A stretch of 64,000 nucleotides of DNA from Gekko japonicus (lineage: Eukaryota): contig NW_015160861.1 of the NCBI RefSeq assembly GCF_001447785.1, positions 259,411 to 323,410 of the forward strand. Direction: 5' to 3'. The translations under genes were made by a program, and so were the position numbers. Numbering within the stretch: the stretch's first letter is position 1; each line of letters opens with the position of its first letter. Under the pieces are notes generated by a model, which was given only the letters and a program-made list of their open reading frames with translations, was not told the DNA's origin and did no database searches. This document shows, in pieces, positions 49,401 through 63,015 of the stretch.

Positions 49401-49668
49401 ATTAAGAGTGCAATCCTGTATCTTTCTCCATTCTAAACTCATTAATATCCATATATACAGGCAGCAGTAACTGTGTAGAATTATACTGCAAAATACCTGA
49501 GTCCCTGGATGAACTTCTGGGACAGCTAGCAATGTTCCATGCTAGAATAATGTTTAATGGGGGTCTGACTTTTTCACATCCTCTTCCAGGCTTTTAATCT
49601 TCTGTCACTGTTGTTATTAGGAACACCTCTTATCCTGACCTGTGCTTCTGAAGTTTTCACTAGATTAT

Positions 49669-50221
49669 TGTTATGTATGGACAGGAGGTTATGTATTTGC
49701 ATGCACTTGCCTAGGATATGGTTCTATATGATATTAGGTTGGAGCTTCAGGCACAAGCTCCATAGACACCAAGATATTGTAAACCTGGCTGTCGGATTGG
49801 CCCTGTGCGAGACAGACCAATCTAGGGGACTCTGATTCTGGCAGGAACGAATCCCATTGGTCCCAAGCTGGCAAAGGTGACGTATTACATTCTTACACTG
49901 TAATGCTGCAAGTATGCCTGAGCTTCTGACAAGGCTCTATAGAAGCCTGGTATTCTAAAATGCACGTTCTGGTTGGCTGCTTTGCACAGTGGGCCAATCA
50001 GAGCATAGGAATGGTTCTGGAGGGAGCAACACACATTGGCTGTTATGTACACATTGTGATTGGTTGTTAGCTGTTTTGGGGGCGTGTTTTGGACCATTCA
50101 AATCATATATAAGTCAGCTTGGGTTCTATTCATCTTGAAGTCTCTGTCTGTTCTTGTGTTGTTATGAGCTGAATAAATGAAATCACTTGTTCAAGAGCTG
50201 CCTTGATCTCAGTTCATAATA
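49669..50221 (+). mobile_element. Solo LTR
   Basis: TGTTATG...CATAATA; 5-bp TSD ATTAT; CCAAT boxes, TATATAAG at ~50106, AATAAA at ~50172. Confidence 0.8.
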
Positions 50222-50783
50222 ATTATCCATGCCCATGTGAGAGCAATACCAAGACAAGACCAAGCACAGGATTCAGAAAGCAATCAAAAATTTTAAAATT
50301 GTGTGTAAACACAGGATTTTTCTGTCAAGAGTCATCAGGTTTCAAGAAAATAGTGGGAAACACCTCATAAAAGGCTTATCAGATTACTTCTTGGGTCCTT
50401 GCAATATGTTTTTGTGTGCATTCAGTAATCTTTGATCCATTCAAGACCTTTCCACATCTATGTGTATCACTTCCCAAATCTCAGGAGTAAAACTCATTCA
50501 TGGAAAGGCCATTTTAAAAATTTGTTCTGATTAGTCTCTTTGCAGTGTCCCATTTCCTATAGAGTGCCCGATGTGCTGAGAATCTTCCAATCAACTCGTT
50601 CCAAATTCTGTTCCAAGTCTCATTAGAGCACAAAGGGGTCTTTCATCTTTGTGTTCCTTGTTAAATTTATAATGCTCTTAAACAGAAGTAAAATGTAATG
50701 GAGAAAGAAGGCATAATATGAAACCTGCAGGTAGCTTTATCGTGCAAGAGATGGAGAAAATAGAAAACAAAGAAACTAATTTA

Positions 50784-51289
50784 GGCTGCGGGCACACGGG
50801 CAGGAAAATGCGGGGGGGAGCGTTGCTGTTTACCCCGGGGCTAAAAAACACGCGGTTGCACGAGCAGACCTCCCGTGGAGGTCCCGTGGTAGGGGGGAGG
50901 TGCCGATCACGCCACAGTCCTGCAGCATGGCAAAGAAGTGGGGTGCGGGGCAAACGGGATTGGGGATTTTTAAAACTCAAATGTGTGCATGCTCCCTTGG
51001 GTGCTTGTGCGCATCCGTGGAGACTTTGGGAAAAAACCCTTTTTGCGAGGGGACATGGGCGGGTGCCGGAACTACCACCGGAAACGCGATCAGACGCCCA
51101 CCCTTGCCCCGCGGTTTCAGGAAACTAGTACCTCCGAGGTACTAGTTTTTTACCACGCATCTTCCGCGGGAAGCCTCGGGTTCGCCACTGGAGCTCGACG
51201 CTTCCCAGATGTGGCGATAGGATCGCGCCCGGAAAATCCGCCTATCTTCCATCCCTCTAGCATGCCTAATGCTCCGTGTGACCGCAGCC
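50784..51289. mobile_element. PIF/Harbinger-type MITE
   Basis: 16-bp TIR GGCTGCGG(G/T)CACACGG; TTA TSD on both sides; CpG-rich. Confidence 0.88.
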
Positions 51290-51834
51290 TTAGTAGCTTT
51301 TCTATTAAGAAAGAAAATGCCCAATAGCCATGTTTGTAAAGGAACTTGATGCTGGGGCTACTCAATCAGAGCTATGTTCTTCAAATGTATTTAGATTTGG
51401 CCCCAAGTTTCTTGGGAGATACTGAAAGAAGGATTTGATTGGTAGGTAGGATTTTCAAAAGTAGGGCAGTGATACAAGAGTCTAAATTCCTCTTGTTTTC
51501 AAGAGACAAATGTCCTATGTACATATAAATTTAAAACTAGAATAATAAACTCTGGACATGGTTGCTTAGGAAATGAATTTCACATATACATATCTATCAC
51601 CTCAACATCTTACAATGGATTGCTTTGCACAGTCTTTGGGAGAAAGGAATAAGATATATAATCCTTGTTCTAGAGAGTGGGGATAGGGTCATACTGAACT
51701 ATAGGACTGCATCAAAGTATTCTCTTAAGTTCCTGCCTTTCTCGTGGAACTAGCTTTATGGCATGCTCCAGAGTGAAGGGTTCCTTATCATGAACCGAAA
51801 CATGGATAACAGAAGCCTTACACACATACCCTGG

Positions 51835-52039
51835 CAATGCTTCCTCTAAGTTGTGGAGTCTTGTGAGCAAAATTCCTACTTTGTGAGCTCCTGGCATTAA
51901 AGTTGTGAGCAAGTATTTGGCTACTGTATAAATTAGTTTGCTCTGGAGCCACCCTTCCTGAGCTAAGACAAAAATGTGTGAGCCAGAGGCTAAAATACTG
52001 TGAGCTAGCTCATACTAACACAGTTTAGAGGGAACATTG
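51835..52039. mobile_element. hAT-like MITE
   Basis: CAATGCTTCCTCTAA / TTAGAGGGAACATTG; matches 9020-9218. Confidence 0.82.
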
Positions 52040-53629
52040 CCCCAGGGTACATCACTTGGGCAAGACTGTGAGTTATTTATATGTCCTTTTGAGTTCTGTC
52101 TTGGGAAGAACTAGTCCTGTGACTGCTGCCCTCCACATACCTGAACCTGATTTGGCCTTTTGGCAAAGCTATTATTTGCAAGTGGCAAATTGGAAGTCAC
52201 GTGGCCGGCTCATGGTACTGATAAAAGAAAACACCACTAATCACAGTGAACCCAAATAGTTCTGTGAATGAATCCTGGCCTGAGTGATCAGGACACACTG
52301 TGGTTTTGTGGCTAACTCCATCCTTGCACTCATAGTTTGCCTAGATTTTTTAAGGGTCTGATTTGCGTTTAAAACAATGTGGCTATCATTGCTATAATTA
52401 CTTTATAAAAGGAACATTAAAACCTAAAAATGGACACAGTAATGCCATGAAACAATGGCCCATTTTGAGATTAATTATATTCTCATTACTATACGTGTTA
52501 CCGCTGCTTGTGTTCATGTTGATTTTAAAAGCATTTGGCATCAAAAGCAAATCTGCTTCTTAACAAATAATCCAAAAGCACAGAGGTTTGGGGATTAGCA
52601 GAAAGAGGTCAAAGTTGCTACTATTTATGTCAACAGGAAATTGTCCATGTATTTAACCAGCTGTCCTAAAGCAGCAGTGGCCAACTCTTTAAGCCTGGCT
52701 ACCAAAGCCTACCTGTTTGAAACTGTTTGAAGGCTGGACACCCACACACATAAATCCTGTTCACATGTATGAACACATGTACAATCTGCACATATGTGAG
52801 TGTACACCTGTTTGTAAGAAAAAGCAAATGTGCGCTCACTTTACAAATTATACCAGAGACCAGTACCTAAATAAATGTGGGGTTTAAATCACATGGTCAG
52901 CTGTCCATGTGCTGAGCATAACATGAGAATTACCTAAATGCAGGTATAAAGGCAAATCACATGTACAGTGTACACAGATCGTATGTGCATTTACTGAAAC
53001 TTGTGAACAGGGCTATCATTGTGATATCATTGCCAAACTCAGGTTTCAGAATACAAGACAGAATGATACGCCCTTCAATTCACTCCCTGCCCATCAACCA
53101 AGACATGCTGGGAGCCAGGTAGTCTTGTGCAAGTTACTATTAATAAGGTTGCCAACTACATGGAGGAAAGAAATGTTCTTTTGTATTTAAAAGGACTTAG
53201 TGGGATGCTATTTACTAGATGATATTTATATTTATGCCATGAAAAGCTTCAGCTGCCCATTTCCACACATTGACCCTCTATTAAAAAGACAGAATATTTT
53301 TATTGGCAACCCTACAGACTCATCTACTTCACATGATTGTTGTGAGGACAACCGGGCTCTGGATGTTGCCATGCAAGTGTTTCCAGAAGTAGCTAAATTA
53401 ACTCATGGGCTTTATTGTCTTAAACTAGTGTAAGCAATATTACTTAGGTAATGTGCCTGATTCAGGCAATGATGCTCTTCAGCAGGGGCTGGTTGTCTTC
53501 AAGCAGCAGGATCTTGGATTTATTTCTATAGCCCGAACGTAGATGTTCCAGTTTTTAAATCCCCCTGATTTTAAACTTTAAGGACTGAGTGGTTCAATAC
53601 ACAATACATAGTCATAAATAATAATAATA

Positions 53630-53915
53630 CGAAGAAGAAGAAGAAGAAGAAATTGGATTTATACCCCACCCTTCACTACCCAAAGGTGTCTCAGAGCGCT
53701 TACAAACTCCTTTCCCTTCCCCTCCCCACAACAGACACGCTGTGAGGTAGGTGGGGCTGAGAGAGCTCTTGACAGAAACTGCTCTTTTTCAAGGACAGCT
53801 CTTATCAGAACTATGGCTTGCCCAAGGTAATCCAGCCAGGTGCAAGTGGAGGAGTGGGGAATCAAACCCAGTTCTCCCAGATTAGAGTCTGCGCACTTAA
53901 CCACTACACCAAACT
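53630..53915 (-). mobile_element. Squam3-like SINE
   Basis: Full tRNA-like head on the minus strand; (GAA)n tail. Confidence 0.82.
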
Positions 53916-54638
53916 ATGCATGAGTAACATAAATAACAACTCTACAAGACAATGGACTGTTGGCAATTAATGGTAATAAAATACTGGGTAATTTCAAAAT
54001 GTTAAAATCTTATTATCCAGGCATGATGACAAGATTCAGTAACAGAATTTGATCACAGATTTGAAGACAATGACACTGTCTTCACACAGAGTTAGACATA
54101 TGCTACTGCAGTAGAGGCCTTTCAAACTGGTTTCTGCTGAAACTCTAGGGTTCTTTGGAAGTTTCACATTGCAATGTACACTTGAAAGGAGGAGTGTGAT
54201 ACATATTCCATGGGATCATCTAGGTCACATAGGACTATGGCTTTGGACAACATTCAACATGAAATGATAGTGTGCCCTAGAAAATGACTAAGAATCTTCT
54301 GCAGTACAAAGGGTGTAGACTTTCCGATTTCCTGGGGGGGGGCTGGGGCTGGGCCAGAGGCATTGCTTTGCTAGGAGCAAGGGTGGCTCCTGGGGGAGGC
54401 TGAGCACCTTCCTGAAAATTTCGGCGGGGGCTGATGCCCCACTGCCCCCACGAAGATTACGCCTATGGTGCTGTCACGGCAAAACAAAGTTACATGGAAA
54501 ACGTCCCTAGAAAGTAGAAAGTTTGCAGCCATTAGTGTAGGGCAAGAGTAATCAATTGTGATGCTCTGTGATGCTGGCTTGGTTCTGGCATATGTGAAAC
54601 CATGGTTTATTTTAACTTTGATTAGCTTGTGAAACTAG

Positions 54639-55336
54639 GGCTGCGGTCACACGGAACATTAGCCACGCTACAGAGACGGAAGATAGGCGGATTTTCCGGG
54701 CGCGATCACAGCGCCACATCTGGGAAGCGTAGAGCCCCCGTGGTGAACCCGAGGCTTCCCGCTGAAGATGCAGGGTAAAAAAACTAGTACCTCCGAGGTA
54801 CTAGTTTCCAAAAACCACGGGGCAAGGGCAGGCGCCTGATCGCGTTTCCGGTGGTAGGTTGTGGCATCCGGCACCCGCCCACGTCCCCTCACAAAAAGGG
54901 GTTTTTTTCCAAGTCTCCATGGGATGGGCACAAGCACCCAACGGCACATGCGCACACTTCAGCCCCCTCCTCTTTTCCGTACCCCCCCACTCCTTGCTCG
55001 GCCTGCTCTAGAGGAACTCTCTGCACCAGGCGGCAGAGGGGGAGGTGCAGGGGGCGTGGCGGGAGGGTGACCCGGCTGAAGCTCCTCCTGGAGGGGACCG
55101 GACGGAGGACACAGTTTGCATTCCTCTGCAGCCCTGGAAGGGGTTAAACCCGCGGAGCCTTTTGCTAGAGAGGCCGCTCCTTTGCCATGCCGCAGGATTG
55201 TCCTGTGATCATCACCTCCCCCCTAACCACGGGTTCTCTATGGGACCTCTACGGGACGTCTGATCATGCGTTATTTTGCTCCGGGGCAAACAGCCACGCT
55301 TCCCCCCCGCATTTTCCTGCCCGTGTGACCGGGGCC
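54639..55336. mobile_element. Harbinger-type MITE, opposite orientation to 50784 and ~190 bp longer
   Basis: TIRs GGCTGCGGTCACACGG / CCGTGTGACCGGGGCC; same central palindrome. Confidence 0.85.
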
Positions 55337-55429
55337 CTGGTCTTAGAGACAATAATTCAAATCCTGCTTTACCTCAAGAAATGTTAGTTTCACCTCCTCC
55401 TTTCCCTCTAGCTCTCCCTTAGAGATCTG

Positions 55430-56025
55430 GCTGGTATCCTGGCCTGCATTACAGTGCAGGTGGTAACAGTGAGAAGGCCAGGATTACACCTCAAGGACCA
55501 TAGCCATGTATCTTGAATAGAGCAGCCCAGTTATTGTCAGGGGATAGCTAATGGGAACATATATTACCCATCTTAAAACAGTTGTAGTTGCTGCCAGTTT
55601 CTTTCTGAGTCCAATTCAGAGTGCTGGTTATCATCTTTAAAGCCCTTCACAGTCTAGAACCCATGTATCTAAAGGACTGCTTTCTCCCATAGGTCCCCAT
55701 GCACTGTCACCTAATGTTCCCCTGCTGAGGTAGCCTGCATGGTCTCAACCAGAGCCTGTTCCATTTCCACCATAGCTCCTACTTTGTGGAACAGGCTCCC
55801 TGAGGAGGTGAGGGGGAGGCCATCTCTAGAAACTTTCAGGAGGCACTGCAAAGCCATCTTTTTTGCTGAGGTTTGCAATGGAGCATAACCTGTAGGTATC
55901 TTGAGAGTGAGGGAGGGTATTTGGGGTTTAATTGCTTGGTTTTAATTTTTAGTGTTTTTAATTACGATTTGTGTATCTCATTGAGCCACAAGGAAAGGCA
56001 GGATATAAATACTTTAATTAATCAA
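55430..56025 (+). mobile_element. Old L2 3' fragment
   Basis: CAATTCAGAGTGCTGGTTATCATCTTTAAAGCCCT matches the L2 copies at ~21950 and ~41950. Confidence 0.65.
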
Positions 56026-56335
56026 GTGTCATGCAAAACTATGGAAAAAACTAACTGGTTAATAGACTGACTTCAAGCCATAGTTGCAGGTCCTGGTTTC
56101 ATTTACCCTAACAAACCATAGTTAGCTTGAATGGTTTACTGATGTGATCACAAAGCATTTATTGATATGATCACAAAGATAAACCATTGTTTCACATGAC
56201 AGCTGAACTGAGCTGCTGTCTGGATGGGCTTGTTGTATTTTTCACAAGTACAGTTGAGGGGACCTGGCTTTCTCAATAGCATTTCTTTCAGTATTTTGTA
56301 TAATCTGAAATGGTGGCCTGTTTATGCCTTGTGGG

Positions 56336-56802
56336 CAGAGGTCATTTTGGGGGGGAACGCAGGGGAACACAGTTCCCCCGGGTGAGGTATGGGGGGCGGG
56401 GCACATGACGAAGCCCTGCCCCCTGCTTCCGGCCGCCCCGCTTCCGGCCCTCATTCAGCCAGGAGGAGGCAGGAGAAGAGGGAGGGTAAGTTGCTTCCTC
56501 CCTGCCTCTCCCCACCCCTGCCTGCCTGGGGCCAGGGAGGGCCTTCACGGGGCTTCCTTGCACTCCCACCGGCCTTGTAGGTCCACAGCCGGGCCCCTAA
56601 TGGGGCTCGGCAGTGGAGCTGCAAGGCCGGCGGTGGCGGCCGGGACCGTTGGGGGCGGGGTGTGTGGCCTTATGACACATTTCCGGTAATGTCAGGGGGT
56701 GTGGCCTTATGACACACTTCCGGTGATGTCAGGGTGTGTGGCATATGCTAATGAGTTATGCTAATGAGTTCCCCTAGCTCTTTTTCTACGAAATGACCCC
56801 TG
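56336..56802. mobile_element. hAT MITE
   Basis: CAGAGGTCATTT / AAATGACCCCTG; perfect TSD CTTGTGGG. Confidence 0.88.
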
Positions 56803-57112
56803 CTTGTGGGCAAGTGGTCTGAAAAACACATTCCTTTTTCATGAGTCTGCAACAGCACTGTAACAATATCACAGAAAAGTATAGTATTGCTTTCTTGGAA
56901 AATCAATTAAAAATTAAATATCCAAAAACAAATTAGTCTCATGCTGATTCCCAAGACCTCTTGCAGAATTGAAATTTTATAGCTGCTATAAAAGGGAGTT
57001 TATAGGGTGGCATCTTCACAAGCACCATGCTTTGCAGTGTTGCTACATTTTTATGGAAATTAGGCCTGTGGGAAGAGATACAGGACAGGACTACAGTGTG
57101 CAGTAATACCTA

Positions 57113-59290
57113 CAGAAGATGTTAAACAACATAGGGGAGAGGATTGTCCATTGGGGAACCCCACACACCAAAGGGTGTCGGGGCAATATCCTCTCTCCTA
57201 GTGCCACCCTCTGTCCCCGAACATGGAGGAAGGAGGTAAGCCACTTCAAGGCTGTCCCCTGGACTCCTACATCAGTGAGGTGGTGGGCCAACAGGTCGTA
57301 GTTCACCATGTCAAACACTGCTTTTAAATCTAATAACAACAGCAGTGCTGACCTGCCTCGATCCAGCTGTCTGCTGAAATCATCTGAGAGGGACACCAAA
57401 GCTGTCTCTGTCTCATGGCCTGGGTGGAAACTGGATTAGAATGGGTCTAGGGCTGATGTGTCATCCAGGAAGCTCTGGAGTTGCTACTGCTCTCTCAATG
57501 GTGCTTGGGAGGGGGTCAACAGTGGGAGGGCTTCTAATGTCCTGGCCCCACTGGTGGACCTCCTGATGGCACTGGTATTTCTGGCCACTGTGTGATACAG
57601 AGTGTTGGACTGGATGGGCCTTTGGCCTGATCCAACATTGGCATCTCTTATGTTCTTATAATTACCTTGCCAAGAAATGAAAGATTTGAGACTGGGTGGT
57701 AATTGGTTAGATCCAGTGGATCTAAGGACGGCCTTTTCAAAAGTGGTATGACCATGGTCTCTTTTAAACACATACCCCCAGGTAAACCCTGGAACGGAGA
57801 GACAAGTTGATAATGTCCCTCAGTGGGTCTCGTATCTCATTGCTGCCAGTCTTCACTGGCCATGACAGGCATGGGTCCAAGAGGCACATGGTCAGCCTAA
57901 CAGCACCGAGGATCCTGTCAACATCAGCCCGAGCAAGTCGGCTGAAGTTGTCAATTTCTGAATCCAAAGACAGCTGAGGGGCCTCTAGTTCTTTTACTGT
58001 ATCAACAGTGGCAGGCAAATCACAGCAGAGTGACAAGACTTTGTCCAAAAAAGTTTGCAAATGGCTCACAGCTAATAGCTGGCTTACTTACATTTTGGGC
58101 TCCCTTGTTCAGGGAGGATAGAGACCTAATTACTCTAAACAATTGTGCTGGGCGAGAGCTAGCAGATGTGATGGAAACTGCGAAGAAATCTCTGCAGCTT
58201 TCACCGCCACCTCATAGGATTTCATTAAAGACCTATAGGGTGTTCTTGCAGCTTTGTCGCGAGTCCTCTGCCACACTCACTCTATCCATCTGAGCTCCTG
58301 CTTAATTTCCCTATGCTCCATTGGAGCTAGGTTTGAGCGGGGATGAAGAGGGCGCTGGGGGGTGATCTCATAGATGGCCTCAGAGAGACTAACATTCCAG
58401 TCCTCTATCAACTCATTCAATGAGTTGCCAGGAGGGAAAGGATCTGGCAGAGCATTCTGGAAACCAATCAAATCCATAAGCCTCCATAGGCAAGCATAAA
58501 TCCACTTGCTGCCTAGACAGGGTGGGGGCAGCATATTCAACTGGACCTTCAGGGCAAAGTGATCTGACCATGGCACCTTATCTGTGGTAATTAGATCCAC
58601 TTTTATCCCCATTCCAAAGATCAAATCCAGAGTGTGGCCTGCTTGGTGTGTGGGTCCCGAAACAATCTGGGAGAGTCCCAGTGTTGCCATGGGTGATACC
58701 AGGTTCAGAGCCTGCCTGGAGGTGGCCGCAACCGCTTGGATGTTGAAGTCCACAATGACTAATAGCCTCTGGAACTCCAAGGCCCATCCCACAACCACCT
58801 CCAGCTGGTCTGGTAAACTATCTGGTGGTGTGCTAGGTGGTCGGTACACCAATCAGAGAGCCAAACTCTCCTCGTCTTCCCACACCAGGCCCACACCAGT
58901 CTATACTGGAGATCTTTGGTGTAGGGAGTGCCCTGAAGGAAAATGACTCTTGGATGAGTATCGCTACACCCCCGCCCACTTGTATGGGACTGATGAAGGA
59001 CCAAGAAACTGGGGGGGGGGCCTTTTTCAAGGCAACTGTTTCACCCTCCCTAACCCAGGTCTTGGTCACACATGCCCGGTCTACTTTGCAGCATTTCAGT
59101 CTTATTATTTATGGACCTTGCATTACACAACATCAGTGTCAGAGAAGGGTTTATCTTCCTTGCCTGTGCCTGGGGATGGGATGAAGGTTGGAAGGAGAAT
59201 GAGTGTAGCCATATCTCTGTCTTCTTCCCCTATATTAACTTCTCCCACTGCTATACCTCTCTCTTCCCCCGATCACTGGGATCCCTGACC
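57113..59290 (-). mobile_element. L2-type LINE fragment (APE endonuclease and RT N-terminal half)
   Basis: GGGVAIL, VYRPPS, DFNI, GHTLDLIF, WSDHF (APE); LLDLKAVFDMV and GVPQWTILSPMLFNIF (RT). Confidence 0.9.
57484..57660 (+). mobile_element. Short CR1-like 3' tail inserted in the L2
   Basis: GGACTGGATGGGCC...CTGATCCAACA...CTTATGTTCTTA terminus interrupting the RT region. Confidence 0.65.
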
Positions 59291-60454
59291 CAATGTTGAT
59301 GTTCTGGCTATGATTAGAATCTAGCTCCATAATTGGTTCCCCCTATCTATAACTATCTAAATCCTATCTATAACTATCTAAATCCAAATAACAAATGACA
59401 GATTAAAACACAATACAAATAGTAATACAGCTTTATACAGATTTTTGACCATATATTAGATTTTCAGCAGTAACCCAGATTGCTATCAATCTTCTTTTTT
59501 CTTTTTAAAACATAGATAGCTTCTGTTCTGCAGATAAAAGTTTTGTCATCTGTCATGTAACTGTTTGAAAATCATTACACCACTGTTAGCAATTTGAGAA
59601 CTAGTTAATTAATGACTGATTTGACCAACATTAATTATATTTGATCTGATCTCAATGCAAGGGCTTTACTAGGAGCAGCACAATCACTTCATGAAAGAAA
59701 AAAAGAGAAAGTTGTATTTTTGTCCAGTCCCAGACCTTAGAAAGTTCAGATGTTATTCTCCCCCACTGTGATGCCATCCACGTCAGCCACCTATGAGACA
59801 TCAAGAATTAGTTGTTCTGGAAAAGACATAAGGTCAGATGGAAGAAGCTGAATTTTGCTAATTTTGATCATTCTCCCATTCAACAAATTCAAACTTTGCA
59901 ATAAAACTATGTGAGGCACCAGACATGTAGTCAGCAAAACCAACCATTAGAAAGAGTAGAAATAGTTAAAAATGAAATAAAAAGGCAGAGGTCACAAATA
60001 GAGGTCAAACTAGTCAAAAGATTTCACAAGAGTAAATTGAACATACCAGTGTATCCCATATGACCAGTGCTAAAGTAGACTTACTTCATTGATAATAAAA
60101 GTGTGAACTTAAAGAAAAATAAAACATGTTCAACCAGCAAATGACAGGGTATCATGCAGCTGGCTTTCTTGCCAACTACAGCTTGGGAGACAACTGTAGA
60201 TTTGTGAGTGCCTCGGAAAGGTGAAGTTTGGGGAGAGAGCTCAACAAGAATATGATGCCATAGAGTCCATCATTTGAAGCTGCCATTTTCTCCAGGGGGA
60301 CTCAACTCTGTAGTCTAGAGATCAGTTGTAATTACTGGAGTACTGGAAGTTGTTAGCAGTACTTTGTAAGGAACTGGAGCTGTTGTGGTGGCCAGAAAAC
60401 AGTTTAACACAAGTCTCATGTTTCCTAAAGACATTTGTTTGTTTCACACTCACA

Positions 60455-60890
60455 AAGGTCAGTTTAGAAAAAAGACAACCGAGGGGGAACATGTTAGAGG
60501 TTTATAAAATTATGCACAGGGCAGACAGAATGGACAGAGAGAATCAGAGAATCAGAGAATGTTAGAATTCGGAGGGACTTTGCAGGTCATCTAGTCCAAC
60601 CCCCTGCACTCTGCAGGAGCATAGCCGAAAGATAGCCCTACAACATACCCGAAAGATGGTCATCCAGCCTCTGCTTGAAAACATCCAGCCTCCGCTTGAG
60701 AACTTTTTCTCCCTGTCCCAAAATACTTAAGGGCACCCAATTAAGGTGATGGGAAATGGATTAAGGATGGAGAAGAGTGGAATTCATTGCCAATCATATT
60801 GTGATGGCCACAACCAAAGGGAGGGACACATTCTTGAGGGTTTATTCAGCAGTGGCTACTACCCATGTTGACTAAAGGGAATCTCCACAA
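60455..60890. mobile_element. Old CR1 fragment (+) with a nested young CR1 3' end (-, ~60540-60700)
   Basis: SLEKRQPRGNMLEVYKIM; the nested part matches 990-1130. Confidence 0.75.
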
Positions 60891-61124
60891 TCAAGTCTTG
60901 TAGGGCTTGTAGAGGAGCATCCAGGGGAGGTCTGCTGCATGTTTGGTGTCTCTAGCTTGCACAAGATCCATCCTATGCTCTCCTAAATCTCCTGAACCTG
61001 CACATGTCAAAATGACTGAGGTTCAGGAGTGTATAGAACAGATCTCGTGCAAGCTAAAGACATCAAAGTCACAGGAGACCTCCCCCAGATGCTCTGCTAT
61101 GTTCCCTCCAAGTAGTGTTGCTTT

Positions 61125-63015
61125 GAAGGACATGGTAGGCCCATTGCAGGGACAGGAAAGTGGAATTGTAACAGGTGATGAAGAGAAGGCAGAACTGCTC
61201 AATTCCTACTTTTCCTCAGTCTTCTCTTGCAAGAAAATGGTGCTCAACATGGCAGAAACAGAACACATCATGAGGGAATGGAGTTGCAGCCTAGGATTGA
61301 CATGGGGTAGTACATAAACACCTAGTTTATTTAAATGGAATGAAATCTTTGGGGCCAGAAGAGCTGCATCCAAGGGCACTAAAAGAACTTGCGGATGTAA
61401 TTTCTGAGCCTCTGTCCATTATTTTTTAGAATTCTTGGAGAACAGGTGAGGTGCCAGAAGACTGGAAGCAGGCAAATGTTATCCCCATCTTCAAACTACC
61501 AACCCATCAGCTTGATGCCTATACCTGGGAAAGTTTTAGAACAAATAATCAAACAGACAGTCCTTGAGCATTTAGAAAGGACAGCTGTAATTACTAAGAG
61601 CCAGCATGGGTTTCTCAAGAACAAGTCATGTCAGACTAACTTTATCTCTCTTTTTTTGAGAAAGTTACTACCTTGCTGGATCAGGGGAATGCTGTAGACA
61701 TCGTTTATCTTGATTTTAGTAAGGCTTTTGTTAAGGTTCCACATAATTGTTGACAAATTGGAAAAATGTGGTTTGGATCCTATGACTGTTAGGTGGATCT
61801 GTAACTGGTTGACCGATTGCACCCAAAGAGTGCTTATGGATGTTTCCTCATCTTCATGGAGTGGAGTGACAAGTGGAGTGCCTCAAGGATCTGTCCTGGG
61901 ACCTGTTTTGTTCAATATCTTTATCAATTATTTGGATGACGGGATAGAGGGAATGTTTATTAAATTTGCAGATGGTACTAGATTGGGAGTGGTAGCAAAT
62001 ACAGTAGAAGACAGAGTCAGGATACAGGATGATCTTGACAGGCTGGAAAACTGGGCTAAAAGTAATTTAATTAATTTCAATGGGGATAAATGTAAAGTTC
62101 TGCATTTAGGTAGGAAAAATCAAATGCATAATTATAGGTTGGGGGAGACTTGTCTTGGCAGTAGTATGTGTGAAAAGAATCTAGGGGTCTTAGACTATGC
62201 ACTGAACATGAGTCAGCAGTGTGGTGTGGTTGCTAAAAAGACAAATGCGATTTTGGGCTGTATCAACAGAAGTATAGTGTCCAGATCATGCGAAGTGATG
62301 GTACCACTTTGCTCTGGTTAGACCTCACCTAGAGTATTGTGTTCAGTTTAGGGCACCACAATTTAAGGAGGATATAGACAAGCTGGAATGTGTCCAAAGG
62401 AGAGCAACAAAGATGGTGAGGGGTCTGGAGACCAAGTCCTATGAGGAAAGGTTGAAGGGGCTGGGTATGCTTAGCCTGGAGAGGAGACTACTGAGACATG
62501 ATATGATAACCACCTTCAAGTACTTGAAGGGCTGTCATCTAGAGTATGATGTGAAGTTGTTTTCTGTTGCCCCAGAAGGTCAGACCAGAACCAATGGGTT
62601 GAAATTCAATAAGAAGAGGTTTTGGCTAAACATTAGGAAGAACTTCCTGACAGAACGGTTCCTCAGTGGAACAGGCTTCCTCGGGAAGTGGTGGACTCTC
62701 CTTCTTTGGAGGTTTTCAAAGGCTAGATGACCATCTGACAGCAGTGCAGATTCTGTGAACTTAGGCAGATCATGATGGCAGGAAGGGTTGCCTCAGTGCT
62801 TAGTTCTTGTGGCCCTTTTTTACATGCCCAGAGAAATGCTGATTGCCACTTTGGGGTCAGGAAGCAATCATGGAGGTTTTTTATCATTTTTTGGGTGTGG
62901 AACAGTAGTCACTGCAGGTGTGGTGGGGGAGGTATTTATGAATTTCCTGCATTGTGCAGGGGGTTGGAGTAGATCACCCTGGAAGTCCCTTCCAACTCTA
63001 TGATTCTATGATTCT
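61125..63015 (+). mobile_element. CR1 LINE, 5'-truncated, decayed RT
   Basis: KAELLNSYF, SQHGFLKNKSC, GVPQGSVLGPVLFNIFIN, KFADGT; (ATTCTATG)n tail. Confidence 0.95.
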
